DNA of 64,000 nt from an uncultured Gammaproteobacteria bacterium (GTDB lineage: Bacteria > Pseudomonadota > Gammaproteobacteria > Pseudomonadales > Pseudohongiellaceae). Below are positions 36,999 through 46,759 of this stretch, piece after piece. The DNA is taken from NCBI GenBank assembly GCA_963975155.1, contig CAXBFG010000002.1:264181-328180 (forward strand). Direction: 5' to 3'. A model generated the notes under the pieces. That model ran no database searches, was not told the DNA's origin, and was given only the letters and a program-made list of their open reading frames with translations. The number at the start of each line of letters is the position of its first letter. Positions within the stretch are counted from its first letter, which is position 1. The translations under genes and the position numbers were made by a program.

Positions 36999-37421
36999 CT
37001 AAGAGTCATTATATAAGGCAAAGACTTCCGCTTCGGTCATATTCTTCGTCTTATTTTCAAAATGATAAAAGAGCGGTTTTTTATCAATAAATACCTGATG
37101 ATCAAAATGAAGTTCTTCATCAAGATTAAACAAACCTGCCGGTAGAAAATACTGCTGATTTTGTTTTAATTTATAAAACAGGTGGGTTCCACAGTGATTA
37201 CAAAATCCACGTTCTGCCCATTCCGATGAATTAAAAATTGAGACTTTATTTTTATTATTTATGGAAATTTCACCCTCACACTGAATCGAAAAAAAAGGAC
37301 CTCCGCCCCAGTTTCGACACATGCCGCAGTGACAAACCCCGACCCTCGTTTGTAAGCCCCTGGCATCGATTTCCACATCACCACAAAGACACTGACCTAA
37401 AGCATCCAGCGTTTCACTCAT
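36999..37421 (-). CDS. GFA (glutathione-dependent formaldehyde-activating / CENP-V) family Zn protein
   Basis: 140 aa with Cys motifs CLCG...CHCGMCRNW...CNHCGTHL. Confidence 0.8.
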   Translation of the reverse strand: MSETLDALGQCLCGDVEIDARGLQTRVGVCHCGMCRNWGGGPFFSIQCEGEISINNKNKVSIFNSSEWAERGFCNHCGTHLFYKLKQNQQYFLPAGLFNLDEELHFDHQVFIDKKPLFYHFENKTKNMTEAEVFALYNDS

Positions 37422-37678
37422 GTTGTATCGCCTCCCTTATTTAGTTCTATGCCCGGTTTAGACCAAAGCATAATGGCCCTGGCATTGACCAGAATAAACG
37501 CGGCATTAGCTATCATTGTCGCTAAACTACCTGCCATCAACCCCATGCTTATCCAGCAGACGTTACCTACAATATGAACCACAAAGCCATTTTTATTTTT
37601 ATTCCCGATTAGCCAGATGGCCATAAACGTTAAGATCATTGCCAACCAGTCAACGCCGTAATACTGGAATAAATTCAT
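37418..37678 (-). CDS. Small 3-TM membrane protein (weak PnuC/SemiSWEET-like resemblance)
   Basis: 86 aa with three hydrophobic helices. Its start abuts the upstream GFA stop and its stop overlaps the downstream GFA start (ATGA), which implies translational coupling. Confidence 0.5.
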   Translation of the reverse strand: MNLFQYYGVDWLAMILTFMAIWLIGNKNKNGFVVHIVGNVCWISMGLMAGSLATMIANAAFILVNARAIMLWSKPGIELNKGGDTT

Positions 37679-38080
37679 TTACTTTTCCCTGTCAGAAGGA
37701 TGATTAATGCCGTCAAATGTAGGAACTTCGCCCAGCAAAAATGGATTTACGCCTTCAAGGTTTGCTACGTTATAGCCATATTGATCAGGACTTGAACGGC
37801 GTTTGTGGTGTGTATAAATACCGCACTTTGAACAATAATAATGTTCTGCCGTGCCAGTATTAAACTGATATAGGCCGAGTTTATCTTCTCCCTTCAAAAT
37901 ATTGATATCTTCCTGATAAGTAGTAGCCGTTATAGCGCCTCTGCGTCGGCAATAACTGCAACTGCATCTTCTTGGGTCGACTATACCATTGGGCAATGTC
38001 AGCATCATGACTACTGACCCACAGTGACATGAAGCTTTGTGCCTGGGAAGAATTTCTGTGTCACCAACTTTTTTAATCAC
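37679..38080 (-). CDS. GFA family Zn protein
   Basis: 133 aa with CHCG...CSCSYCRRRG...CSKCGIYTHH. Confidence 0.8.
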   Translation of the reverse strand: MIKKVGDTEILPRHKASCHCGSVVMMLTLPNGIVDPRRCSCSYCRRRGAITATTYQEDINILKGEDKLGLYQFNTGTAEHYYCSKCGIYTHHKRRSSPDQYGYNVANLEGVNPFLLGEVPTFDGINHPSDREK

Positions 38081-38119
38081 TGTTGCACCTCACTGAGAAC
38101 TCATGCCAGCAATTTTTTT

Positions 38120-38902
38120 TCAGAGTTCAATCGTGCCTTCCAGAAATTTCACGGCTTGTCCGGAAATCAGTACACGATCACCTTTAAGCTCAAGTTGCAA
38201 ATCACCGCCTCGCTGAGAAACCTGCCGAGCCCTGAAAGAAGTCTTGCCCAGCCTTTCTGCCCAATAGGGTGTCAGTTTTGTGTAAGCAGAACCGGTCACA
38301 GGATCTTCATTAATACCCGAAGCGGCGGCAAAAAAGCGTGCGACAAAATCATAATCTTTTGCCGGAGCCGTTATAATCACACCGCGGGCATCTGTCTGTT
38401 TGATTAACTCATGGTTGGGCGACATATTCCTGACCGTATCTTCATCTTCATAGACCAGTACATAATCAACATTTTTCAGACAGGCCTGAGGCTTTTTACC
38501 CGTCATTGCCTTCAGTAAGGCTGGTGGTAGTTCACAAGGCTCAGGTATTTGGCTGGGGAAATTAAGAGTTAACAGCTCCCCGTTTTTTGTGACCATGAGT
38601 TTGCCGGACAGAGTATTAAAGATGATTTCATCACCTTCATAATGCAATTCGTTAAACAGCACAAAGGCTGAAGCGAGTGTGGCATGACCACACAATCTGA
38701 CTTCGACTTTAGGTGTAAACCAACGAAGGTGAAAGCCATCGGCTTCATGAACAAAAAACGCCGTTTCGGCCAGATTATTTTCCGCAGCAATCGACTGCAT
38801 AATATTATCATCCAGCCACTCCTGCAGCGGCATCACCGCTGCAGGATTACCGGCAAAGATCTTGTCTGTAAAAGCATCTATCTGATAGACAGGTAATTTC
38901 AT
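38120..38902 (-). CDS. PhzF family isomerase-like protein
   Basis: 260 aa. MKLPVYQIDAFTDKIFAGNPAAV...ETAF...RWFTP..EV.LCGHATLA...DPVTGSA is the standard PhzF pattern. Confidence 0.88.
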   Translation of the reverse strand: MKLPVYQIDAFTDKIFAGNPAAVMPLQEWLDDNIMQSIAAENNLAETAFFVHEADGFHLRWFTPKVEVRLCGHATLASAFVLFNELHYEGDEIIFNTLSGKLMVTKNGELLTLNFPSQIPEPCELPPALLKAMTGKKPQACLKNVDYVLVYEDEDTVRNMSPNHELIKQTDARGVIITAPAKDYDFVARFFAAASGINEDPVTGSAYTKLTPYWAERLGKTSFRARQVSQRGGDLQLELKGDRVLISGQAVKFLEGTIEL

Positions 38903-38978
38903 ATTGAGAATCCCATACTAACTGGAGAGGCTTCCTACAAAAAAATTAGTCTGCCAGACTCCGATGAGTCATAAGCTA

Positions 38979-39212
38979 TTAGACGTGGCTACCATCACAC
39001 ATAGGTTTGTTTGCGGTCGCTTTACAACCACAGAAAAAAACCTGTTTTGTTGCTTCGGCTTTATAGGCTACCGGCGCAAACTCGCTGCCCTGGTGAGAAC
39101 CATCACACAATGGCTGCTTGCCGCTTTTGCCACAGGAACACCAATAATAGGTTTTACCTTCTTCTACATCGGTGGCATATGGAACATCGGCAACTCTGAC
39201 TGGATTACTCAT
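38979..39212 (-). CDS. CDGSH iron-sulfur domain protein (two CDGSH motifs)
   Basis: 77 aa from the ATG at 39212, preceded by GAGGAAAG. It has CSCGKSGKQPLCDGSH and CGCKATANKPMCDGSH. The longer ORF up to 39485 overlaps the peptidase gene. Confidence 0.85.
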   Translation of the reverse strand: MSNPVRVADVPYATDVEEGKTYYWCSCGKSGKQPLCDGSHQGSEFAPVAYKAEATKQVFFCGCKATANKPMCDGSHV

Positions 39213-39258
39213 TGTACTTTCCTCAATTGATGTATGACTTAAATTTTCTATTTGTGAT

Positions 39259-41331
39259 TTACCAGATTTTAACTCTTTCCTGTGGTGGCAGATACATCGC
39301 ATCCTCCGGCTGTATATCAAAAGCCTCATACCAGGCGTCAATGTTTCTGACGATACCATTGGTCCTGGCTTCACTATGTGAATGAGGATCTGTAGTAATG
39401 CGAACTTCCAGATTCTCATCTCGGTATAGTCTACGCCAGACTTGCGCCCAACCCATAAAGAAACGTTGATCTCCCGTATAGCCATCTATGACTGGCGCCT
39501 CTTCTCCATTGAGTGACAACTGATACGCTTTATAGGCAACTGCCAGCCCGCTCAAATCCCCGATATTTTCGCCCAGTGTAAATTCTCCATTCAGTAATTT
39601 TCCAGGTAAAACTTCAAATTGGTTATATTGCTCTACCAGAGCATTTGCCCGCTCTGAAAAAGCTGCAGCATCTGCTTCGGTCCACCAGTCCCTGAGCATA
39701 CCGCTACCATCTGATTTTCGTCCCTGATCGTCAAAGCCATGGCTGAATTCATGCCCGATAACCGCCCCAATCCCGCCATAATTTACGGCATCATCGGCTG
39801 CTACGTTGAAGAATGGAGGCTGTAAAATAGCCGCCGGAAAAACAACTTCATTCATGTTTGGATTGTAATAGGCGTTGACCGTATGGGGTGTCATAAACCA
39901 CTCCCCGCGGTTGATTGGCTGCCCCAGTTTACTGACTTCACGTTGATGTTCAATTTGCCGGGATCTCATAACGTTACCGACCAGGTCATTTTCATTAACA
40001 TCCAGACCTGAATAATCTTTCCACTCATCGGGATAGCCTATCTTGGCAGTAAAGCTGGCTAATTTGTCCTGGGCTTCAGCTTTGGTGGCATCCGTCATCC
40101 ATTCAAGCTCATCTATACCAAGACGAAATGCCGTACGCAGATTTTCAATCAATTCATCCATACGTTGTTTGGCTGCATCCTGGAAATAACGTTCGACATA
40201 CAGTTTGCCAACCATTTCACCCAGGGCGCCATCTACTGCATCAACACCTCGTTTCCAGCGTGGACGGTTTGCTTCCAGTCCACTAAGTACACCGCCTTCA
40301 AACTCAAACTCAGCATCAACAAAGTCCTGACTAAGAAAAGATGCATAGGCATTCAGCAGTTTAAAACTGGTGTAATTTTTCCATTGTTCCAGGCCAACTT
40401 CCGACCATATTGTACTGAGCTCTTCAAAGAAGCTGGGCTGACTGATGACAAATTCATTGGTAAACATCCCAAGTCCCTGCATTGCTGCTGCCCAGTCAAT
40501 AGCCGGTGACAGGATTTGCAGCTCGTCAAGACTGAGTTTGTTATAGGTAAGCTCACGCTGACGGTTTTGAACCCGATCCCAATGCGCCTGCGCGAGTCGG
40601 TTTTCAATCTGCAAAACTGAATCTGCAATATCCGCACCATTTGAAAAACCTGCCAGCGACATCAGGGTGTTAATGTAGCCAGAGTATGCCTGCCTCGCTG
40701 TCTGATATGTGTCGTTGTCACTTTGCAGATACCAGTCTCGATCAGGTAAACCCAGGCCAGACTGAAATACATTCGGAACATATTGGTCAGTCTGTCTTTC
40801 ATCGACATCGATATAAAAACTGAAAGGCATCTGCACCCCGATATAATTCAGTGCCGTCATCACCTGGATCATTGTGGCTTTATCTTCCACGGCAACAATT
40901 TCTGCCAGCCTGTCAGCGAGAGGATTACTGCCCAGGTTTTCAATCAAATTTTCGTTCATAAAGCTTTGGTAAAAGTCGCCAACTTTCTGACTATCTGAAC
41001 CTATAGCGGCATCAGCAGCTGCAGCTTCTTCAATAATGGTGAGTAAATTTTCTTCAGCCACATCGGCCAGGACAGTAAAGGCGCCATAATTGGATTTATC
41101 TGCTGGAATCTGCGTATTGCTCAGCCAGGCACCGTTTACATAATGATAAAAATTATCACCGGGAGTTATCGAGTTATTCATATTCTCAAGATCAAGCCCC
41201 GAACCGAGACGCAACTCAGGCGGGCTTTCCGACTCGGCATTTTCATTCACATCAGGAGCAACGGTTCCCTGCGGGGAACAAGCAAGCAGGGCCAGGGCAG
41301 TTAGCAGAATAACCGAATAAATTTTAAGCAT
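39259..41331 (-). CDS. M13 family (PepO/neprilysin-like) zinc metallopeptidase, lipoprotein
   Basis: Zn motif VIGHEFSHGFD and GENIGDLSG. It ends ...PPQERVKIW. The start at 41331 gives MLKIYSVILLTALALLACS (lipobox) with a GGAGA SD. Confidence 0.9.
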   Translation of the reverse strand: MLKIYSVILLTALALLACSPQGTVAPDVNENAESESPPELRLGSGLDLENMNNSITPGDNFYHYVNGAWLSNTQIPADKSNYGAFTVLADVAEENLLTIIEEAAAADAAIGSDSQKVGDFYQSFMNENLIENLGSNPLADRLAEIVAVEDKATMIQVMTALNYIGVQMPFSFYIDVDERQTDQYVPNVFQSGLGLPDRDWYLQSDNDTYQTARQAYSGYINTLMSLAGFSNGADIADSVLQIENRLAQAHWDRVQNRQRELTYNKLSLDELQILSPAIDWAAAMQGLGMFTNEFVISQPSFFEELSTIWSEVGLEQWKNYTSFKLLNAYASFLSQDFVDAEFEFEGGVLSGLEANRPRWKRGVDAVDGALGEMVGKLYVERYFQDAAKQRMDELIENLRTAFRLGIDELEWMTDATKAEAQDKLASFTAKIGYPDEWKDYSGLDVNENDLVGNVMRSRQIEHQREVSKLGQPINRGEWFMTPHTVNAYYNPNMNEVVFPAAILQPPFFNVAADDAVNYGGIGAVIGHEFSHGFDDQGRKSDGSGMLRDWWTEADAAAFSERANALVEQYNQFEVLPGKLLNGEFTLGENIGDLSGLAVAYKAYQLSLNGEEAPVIDGYTGDQRFFMGWAQVWRRLYRDENLEVRITTDPHSHSEARTNGIVRNIDAWYEAFDIQPEDAMYLPPQERVKIW

Positions 41332-41539
41332 TTCTGTTCTCCATGGATTTTGCATGCCGCAGTATAGAACGCTTGTTCCGAAGACATCAATGTATGCACT
41401 GATATTGGGCAAGTCTGACTGTGAAGAGTATATTTTGTGCAGTTTATGTTTTCTTCAAAGTGCTTTGATGCCATGTCATTAATTTAATATTTCTAACAAA
41501 TACAACAAGTTAAATCTTTATTATGGTGATTCTATAAAT

Positions 41540-41555
41540 TGGCACCGGACTTGCA
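41540..41555 (+). promoter_or_regulatory. Sigma-54 (RpoN) -24/-12 promoter
   Basis: TGGCAC-CGGAC-TTGCA is an exact match to the TGGCAC-N5-TTGCW consensus. It lies in an intergenic region with no downstream + strand ORF. Confidence 0.5.
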
Positions 41556-41565
41556 ATGATCAACA

Positions 41566-41656
41566 TAGCAAATTCAGTATTCCCCGTATTGAATTCAGCT
41601 CCTGAAAGAAATTTCAGAAATTTTTTAAGCCCTGTCCCACACAGGGCTTTTTTTTT
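41566..41656 (+). ncRNA. Candidate ~90-nt sigma-54-dependent small RNA
   Basis: Predicted start ~12 nt after the -12 GC. Hairpin 1 is 41571-41595. Hairpin 2 is 41602-41617 with a GAAA tetraloop. The terminator is 41628-41648 followed by a 9-T run. The flanking genes are both on the - strand. Confidence 0.4.
41628..41656 (+). terminator. Rho-independent terminator (+ strand)
   Basis: AGCCCTGT-CCCAC-ACAGGGCT followed by T-rich TTTTTTTT. On the opposite strand the hairpin is followed by TTAAAAAA, so it is strand-specific for +. Confidence 0.8.
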
Positions 41657-41697
41657 GCCTGTAATGTAGCTTTTGTACCTGCTTTTTTTCAGCCTGC

Positions 41698-42249
41698 TCA
41701 GGGTTTTGCTGTTTTAATGAAATGTTCGCGGTAATAACGTAATTCATCGATAGAATCACGTATATCTTCCAGGGCAAGATGGGCACTTTGTTTTTTCAAA
41801 CCATCCACTAAATCCGGACGCCAGCGTTTTACCAGTTCCTTGATAGAACTGACATCCAGGTTGCGATAATGAAAGAAGCTTTCCAATGCCGGCATATAGC
41901 GCGCCAGAAAACGCCTGTCCTGACAGATACTATTGCCACACATCGGCGAATAACCTTTGTCACAATACTGGGATAGAAACTGCAGGGTGAGATGCTCAGC
42001 ATCACTTTCGCTGGTCGGGCTGACCTTGACGCGCTTAACCAGACCCGAAGCATTATGATGTCTCTGATTCCAGTCGTCCATACCTGCCAGGGTAGACTCA
42101 GACTGGTAGATTGCCAGTACCGGACCTTCCGCAACAACCTGCAAATCGGTGTTGGTAACAATAGTGGCAATTTCAATGATGCGGTCTGATTCCGGAATCA
42201 GGCCAGTCATTTCCAAGTCAATCCATATCAAATGCTGTTTTTTATCCAT
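41698..42249 (-). CDS. orn: Oligoribonuclease
   Basis: [11 protein letters not shown] (DEDD exo I), ...[11 protein letters not shown]..., and ...[17 protein letters not shown]. Start chosen at MDKKQH (42249). Confidence 0.95.
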   Translation of the reverse strand: MDKKQHLIWIDLEMTGLIPESDRIIEIATIVTNTDLQVVAEGPVLAIYQSESTLAGMDDWNQRHHNASGLVKRVKVSPTSESDAEHLTLQFLSQYCDKGYSPMCGNSICQDRRFLARYMPALESFFHYRNLDVSSIKELVKRWRPDLVDGLKKQSAHLALEDIRDSIDELRYYREHFIKTAKP

Positions 42250-42314
42250 GCCGCATTGTAGCAAAGGCTTTACTTACTTAGTATGCTGATGACAAAACAC
42301 CTTCTCGGGTAGGC

Positions 42315-43370
42315 ATGAAGAAAAAACATCTTAATCGTCAACAGCTTTGGCGCATCCAAAAAATTCAGGAAGATTATGCCGCCCGCGCTGAACGTAAGGC
42401 TAAGGGAAATGCTGAAATTCTCGATGTCGGGAGCCCTGATGAATCAAGCAATGAACAAGCGCTTAACGAACTGGGCCCGGAAGAAAAAGGTCTGGTTATC
42501 TCTCATTTTGGGCAGCAACTGGATGTAGAAGCCCTGGATGGAGATCGTGCCGGTGAGATTGTTCGCTGTCATCAACGCAGCAACCTGAAGCGATTGGTAA
42601 CCGGTGATCATGTTATCTGGCGGCGTGGAGAACCTACCGGGATTATAGTTGCAGGACTGAAACGCAGCTCGCTCCTACAGCGTCCTGATAAAAATGCTGA
42701 TTTAAAACCGGTCGCCGCCAATATCGACATCGTTATCATTGTTATCGCTCCTGAACCGGAATCACATGCCAATTTAATTGACCGCTATCTGGTCGCCGCA
42801 GAAAATAGCCAACTGAGTTCACTGATTCTACTCAACAAGGTCGATATGCTAAATAAGGAGAATCGGCAGCAATTGGAAGGCTTGCTAAATAGTTATGCTG
42901 CTCTTTCTTATCCTACCTTGCAGGTTTCCAGTAAAACCGGTTTTGGACTTGAAGCTTTGCAAAAAAGACTGCAAGGCCAGACCAGTATTTTTGTAGGGCA
43001 ATCCGGCGTGGGTAAATCAGCTTTAATCAATGCTCTGCTGCCGGGAGTAAATACACTGGAAGGCAGTTTAAGCAGTGCCCGGGCAAAGGGTCGGCATACC
43101 ACAACTTCTGCTCGCCTGTTCCATTTTCCTGCCGGTGGAGATTTGATTGATTCACCGGGGATTCGCGAATTCGGAATGTGGCATATGAGCCCTGAAGAAG
43201 TATTCCGGGGTTTTAAAGAATTCTCAGACTACGCTGGTCGGTGTAAATTCAGGGATTGTAAACATGACCAGGAACCTGACTGTGCTTTTAAGCTTGCTGT
43301 TGAGCAAGGAAAAATTCAACCGCGACGTATGCAAAGTTACCAGCAGATTTTGCAATCTCTGGATGAATAA
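42315..43370 (+). CDS. rsgA: Ribosome small-subunit-dependent GTPase A
   Basis: Circularly permuted GTPase motifs (NKVDML, GQSGVGKSALINALLP, DSPGIREF) and a C-terminal Zn finger CKFRDCKHDQEPDC. Confidence 0.93.
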   Translation: MKKKHLNRQQLWRIQKIQEDYAARAERKAKGNAEILDVGSPDESSNEQALNELGPEEKGLVISHFGQQLDVEALDGDRAGEIVRCHQRSNLKRLVTGDHVIWRRGEPTGIIVAGLKRSSLLQRPDKNADLKPVAANIDIVIIVIAPEPESHANLIDRYLVAAENSQLSSLILLNKVDMLNKENRQQLEGLLNSYAALSYPTLQVSSKTGFGLEALQKRLQGQTSIFVGQSGVGKSALINALLPGVNTLEGSLSSARAKGRHTTTSARLFHFPAGGDLIDSPGIREFGMWHMSPEEVFRGFKEFSDYAGRCKFRDCKHDQEPDCAFKLAVEQGKIQPRRMQSYQQILQSLDE

Positions 43371-43417
43371 CATAACGTTATGGCCCCTAATATACTCTGA
43401 AAAAATTTACCCAGAAT

Positions 43418-44257
43418 ATGAAACTAGAGCTGATTATTGAACCTAAACAACTGGAGGCACAGTTAGAGCATGCTGGGCTCCTGATCATTGATTTGTGCCA
43501 GCAGCAAACCTATGAGCAGATGCATATACCAAACGCTATACACATCGCTCCTGCTGAGCTGTTAAGTGGCATTCCCCCTGCTTCAGGTAAACTGCCAACA
43601 CTAGAGCAGCTCAGCAGCCTGTTTATGCGCATAGGCTATAGCCCTGATAAACATATAGTGGTTTACGACGACGAAGGCGGCGGCTGGGCTGGTCGTTTCA
43701 TCTGGACTCTTGATGTTATTGGACACACCGCCTATTCCTATCTTAACGGAGGCCTTCACGCCTGGATAAGAGAAGGACACCCCGTCAGTAAAGAGGTACC
43801 TGATGTACAAGCAAGTAAAACGACATTGACCATTAATCACGAAGTCATTGCTGAACTGGACGAAGTTCTCGCTGCACTGGAAGATAGCAATATAAAAATC
43901 TGGGATGCGCGCTCTGCAGAGGAATTTGCCGGAGTCAAAGTAACCGCGCTACGCAATGGTCATATTCCGGGAGCGGTGAATCTGGACTGGCTTCATACCA
44001 TGGATAATGACAACAATCTGCGTTTACTGCCTATGCAAGAACTGCAAAGTAAGCTGGAAGCACTAGGCATAGATTCCGGTAATACTATAATTACGCATTG
44101 TCAGTCTCACCATCGTTCCGGTCTGACCTATTTAATTGCTAAAGCTCTGGGTTACAAGGTTAAGGCATATCCCGGCTCATGGTCTGAATGGGGGAATGAA
44201 CCTGACACCCCTATAGAAACCGGCACTAATACCCCGCAGAAAAACTCACATGAATAA
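43418..44257 (+). CDS. Two-domain rhodanese (thiosulfate/3-mercaptopyruvate sulfurtransferase-like)
   Basis: 279 aa with tandem rhodanese domains. The active-site loop is CQSHHRSG in the second domain. Confidence 0.88.
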   Translation: MKLELIIEPKQLEAQLEHAGLLIIDLCQQQTYEQMHIPNAIHIAPAELLSGIPPASGKLPTLEQLSSLFMRIGYSPDKHIVVYDDEGGGWAGRFIWTLDVIGHTAYSYLNGGLHAWIREGHPVSKEVPDVQASKTTLTINHEVIAELDEVLAALEDSNIKIWDARSAEEFAGVKVTALRNGHIPGAVNLDWLHTMDNDNNLRLLPMQELQSKLEALGIDSGNTIITHCQSHHRSGLTYLIAKALGYKVKAYPGSWSEWGNEPDTPIETGTNTPQKNSHE

Positions 44258-45125
44258 GTTGTTTATAATTTTCCAGCATATCATTCCACAACATTTCCTT
44301 TCGCGTGTAATTGGTCTCTTAGCCAATTGTCGAATCGGTTTTATTAAAAATTTTCTGATCACTATTTTTATTAAAAAATATAACGTGGACATGAGTGAAG
44401 CGAAATATAAATCGGCTACAGACTTCGGTTGTTTTAACGACTTTTTCACACGCCAGCTGGAACCAGGTATACGCCCACAAGCTCAGGATCCGGAGGCGAT
44501 TGCCTGCCCGGTTGATGGTGCAGTCAGTGCCATCGGCGATATTCAGGCAGAGCAGGTTTTTCAGGCCAAGGGAAAGTCGTTTTCGCTCACTGCATTACTG
44601 GGCGGGAATCCACAGCATGCAAAATTATTTGGCAGTGGAAAGTTTGCCACGCTTTATCTTTCACCGCGTGATTATCACCGCATTCATATGCCAGTCACTG
44701 GCACGCTGGAAGAAATGATTTATATCCCCGGTAAATTATTTTCTGTAAATCAGACGACCGTGGAAAATATCGATGAACTATTTGCCCGCAACGAACGTGT
44801 TGTTTGTATTTTTAAGACTGAGTTTGGTCCAATGGCTTTGATACTGGTTGGGGCCATGATTGTAGCCAGCATCGAAACAGTCTGGGCCGGGCAGGTTGCT
44901 CCCAGCAGATTAAAACAACATACCGAGCTCTACCGTGATCAGGCTCCTATTGTTATTCGCAAAGGGGAGGAAATGGGACTCTTCAAACTTGGTTCCACGG
45001 CCATTATTTTATTTCCGCCGGATGTCATGAGCTGGGATGAAACATTGCAGATAAACTCCAGCATCAAACTGGGACAGGTTATCGGCTCAAAGTCAGCTTC
45101 AGGCACGCCCCATAGGGAAGCTTAA
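44250..45125 (+). CDS. psd: Phosphatidylserine decarboxylase proenzyme
   Basis: The N-terminus is collinear with E. coli Psd. YLSPRDYHRIHMP is present, as is the self-cleavage site FKLGSTAI. Confidence 0.95.
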   Translation: MNKLFIIFQHIIPQHFLSRVIGLLANCRIGFIKNFLITIFIKKYNVDMSEAKYKSATDFGCFNDFFTRQLEPGIRPQAQDPEAIACPVDGAVSAIGDIQAEQVFQAKGKSFSLTALLGGNPQHAKLFGSGKFATLYLSPRDYHRIHMPVTGTLEEMIYIPGKLFSVNQTTVENIDELFARNERVVCIFKTEFGPMALILVGAMIVASIETVWAGQVAPSRLKQHTELYRDQAPIVIRKGEEMGLFKLGSTAIILFPPDVMSWDETLQINSSIKLGQVIGSKSASGTPHREA

Positions 45126-46064
45126 AACTTCATCTATTGATGCTGCTCCACTGACCAGCATCAGCAAACGATCCAGACCCAGTGCAACACCTGAACAATC
45201 CGGCAGGCCTGCATTTAACGCAGCCAGCAGATTTTCATCAAGCGGATAATTGCCCTTCTGCTGTTTGCGTCTTATCTGCTGGTCGTGCAGAAAACGACGT
45301 TGCTGTTCTGCAGGGTCTGTCAGCTCAAAATAGCCGTTTGCAATTTCCATACCTCTGATCACGAGTTCGAAACGTCTGGCTATTTGATGCCCTTCATCAT
45401 TTTTCTCTACTTTTGCCAATGCGGCCTGTGACCCAGGGTAATCATAAATAAATACCGGCGATTGCAATTGTGGCTCTATCAAATGACTGAAAAGCAGATC
45501 GAGCCAGGTATCTTTATTTGCACCTGGGAAATCAACTGCAATACTACGCCTGGCGAATTGCGAGAGTTCTACCGAACTTAAGGCATGAGGATTAATATCC
45601 AGAAACTGTTCAAATAGCTGCTGATAACTCAAACGTTGCCAGTTTTCCTGCGGACAAAGATGATCCACCAGCGCCATAACTTCATCCATAAGCTGATACT
45701 CATCGAATCCGGGTCGATACCATTCCAGCATGCTAAATTCAGGATTATGTCGCCCCCCACTTTCATCATTTCGAAAGGACTTGCAGATCTGGAAAATGGC
45801 ACCACTGCCTGATGCGAGCAGGCGTTTCATCGCAAACTCTGGAGAAGTCTGCAAAAAAAATTGCTGTGTTTGTTTGCCTGCCAGATAGTTAACAGTAATC
45901 GGTTCCAGGTTTGGATCAGTACCTGTAGCCTGAGACATAATCGGCGTTTCTACTTCAAGCACCCCACGCTGCAAAAAGAATTCCCTGGTTTCTTTTAACA
46001 ATTTGGCCCTGGCTATCAACCGGTCTTTATTCGCTGATGGTTGCCATTGCCGGTCAGTCATCAT
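45099..46064 (-). CDS. epmA: EF-P--(R)-beta-lysine ligase EpmA (PoxA/GenX)
   Basis: Truncated class II LysRS-like catalytic core (FRNDESGGRHNPEFSMLEWY, ELVIRGMEIANGY, GVALGLDRLLML). It sits immediately downstream of efp. Start chosen at MMTDRQW. Confidence 0.9.
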   Translation of the reverse strand: MMTDRQWQPSANKDRLIARAKLLKETREFFLQRGVLEVETPIMSQATGTDPNLEPITVNYLAGKQTQQFFLQTSPEFAMKRLLASGSGAIFQICKSFRNDESGGRHNPEFSMLEWYRPGFDEYQLMDEVMALVDHLCPQENWQRLSYQQLFEQFLDINPHALSSVELSQFARRSIAVDFPGANKDTWLDLLFSHLIEPQLQSPVFIYDYPGSQAALAKVEKNDEGHQIARRFELVIRGMEIANGYFELTDPAEQQRRFLHDQQIRRKQQKGNYPLDENLLAALNAGLPDCSGVALGLDRLLMLVSGAASIDEVLSFPMGRA

Positions 46065-46068
46065 CGCT

Positions 46069-46641
46069 CTACTGTTTGGCTCGATTTTGGTATTCCCCGG
46101 TACGTGTATCGACCCGTAAGACATCGCCAATTTCTATAAACAAGGGCACTTTTACCACTGCGCCTGAACTGAGTGTGGCTGGTTTCGTACCACCCTGGGC
46201 AGTATCACCTTTCAAACCAGGATCGGTAGCGGCGACTTCCAACTCAACAAAATTTGGCGGACTTACCGATATAGGAGCATCATTCCAGACAATAACCGTA
46301 TATATTTCCTGCTCCTTGAGCCAGTCTAAGGATTCGGTTATCGCGTTTTTATCAGCCGCTACCTGTTCGAAACTGCCGTCAGTCTTCATGAAATGCCAAA
46401 ACTCACCATCCGTATAGAGATACTCCATCTCCAGTTCCATGACATCAGCGCTTTCAAGTGATTCCCCTGATTTAAAGGTACGGTCCCAAACCCGGCCATT
46501 CAAAAGATTACGCAATTTAACACGATTAAAAGCCTGCCCCTTTCCGGGTTTAACAAATTCATTATCTAAAATTGAACAGGGATCGCCATCCAGAAGTACT
46601 TTTAGTCCTGATTTAAATTCACTCGTTGAGAAGCTTGCCAT
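46069..46641 (-). CDS. efp: Elongation factor P
   Basis: [15 protein letters not shown]...[18 protein letters not shown] carries the modifiable Lys in the PGKG loop. ~190 aa from the ATG at 46641. Confidence 0.96.
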   Translation of the reverse strand: MASFSTSEFKSGLKVLLDGDPCSILDNEFVKPGKGQAFNRVKLRNLLNGRVWDRTFKSGESLESADVMELEMEYLYTDGEFWHFMKTDGSFEQVAADKNAITESLDWLKEQEIYTVIVWNDAPISVSPPNFVELEVAATDPGLKGDTAQGGTKPATLSSGAVVKVPLFIEIGDVLRVDTRTGEYQNRAKQ

Positions 46642-46759
46642 GATTTTCCTCGTTGACACATCAATTCAGGCAGGAATGATATGAATTTAACAAAAGGAAA
46701 GCCAGTCAGCATCAATAATACAGTTAAACCTGCAGCCCATAATCAGCTATTATTGCAAT

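Noticed and set aside
38979-39485. 168-aa version of the CDGSH ORF
   Set aside because: Its N-terminal 91 codons overlap the 3' end of the M13 peptidase gene in another frame and have no recognisable features. The ATG at 39212 has a good SD and yields a typical two-motif CDGSH protein.
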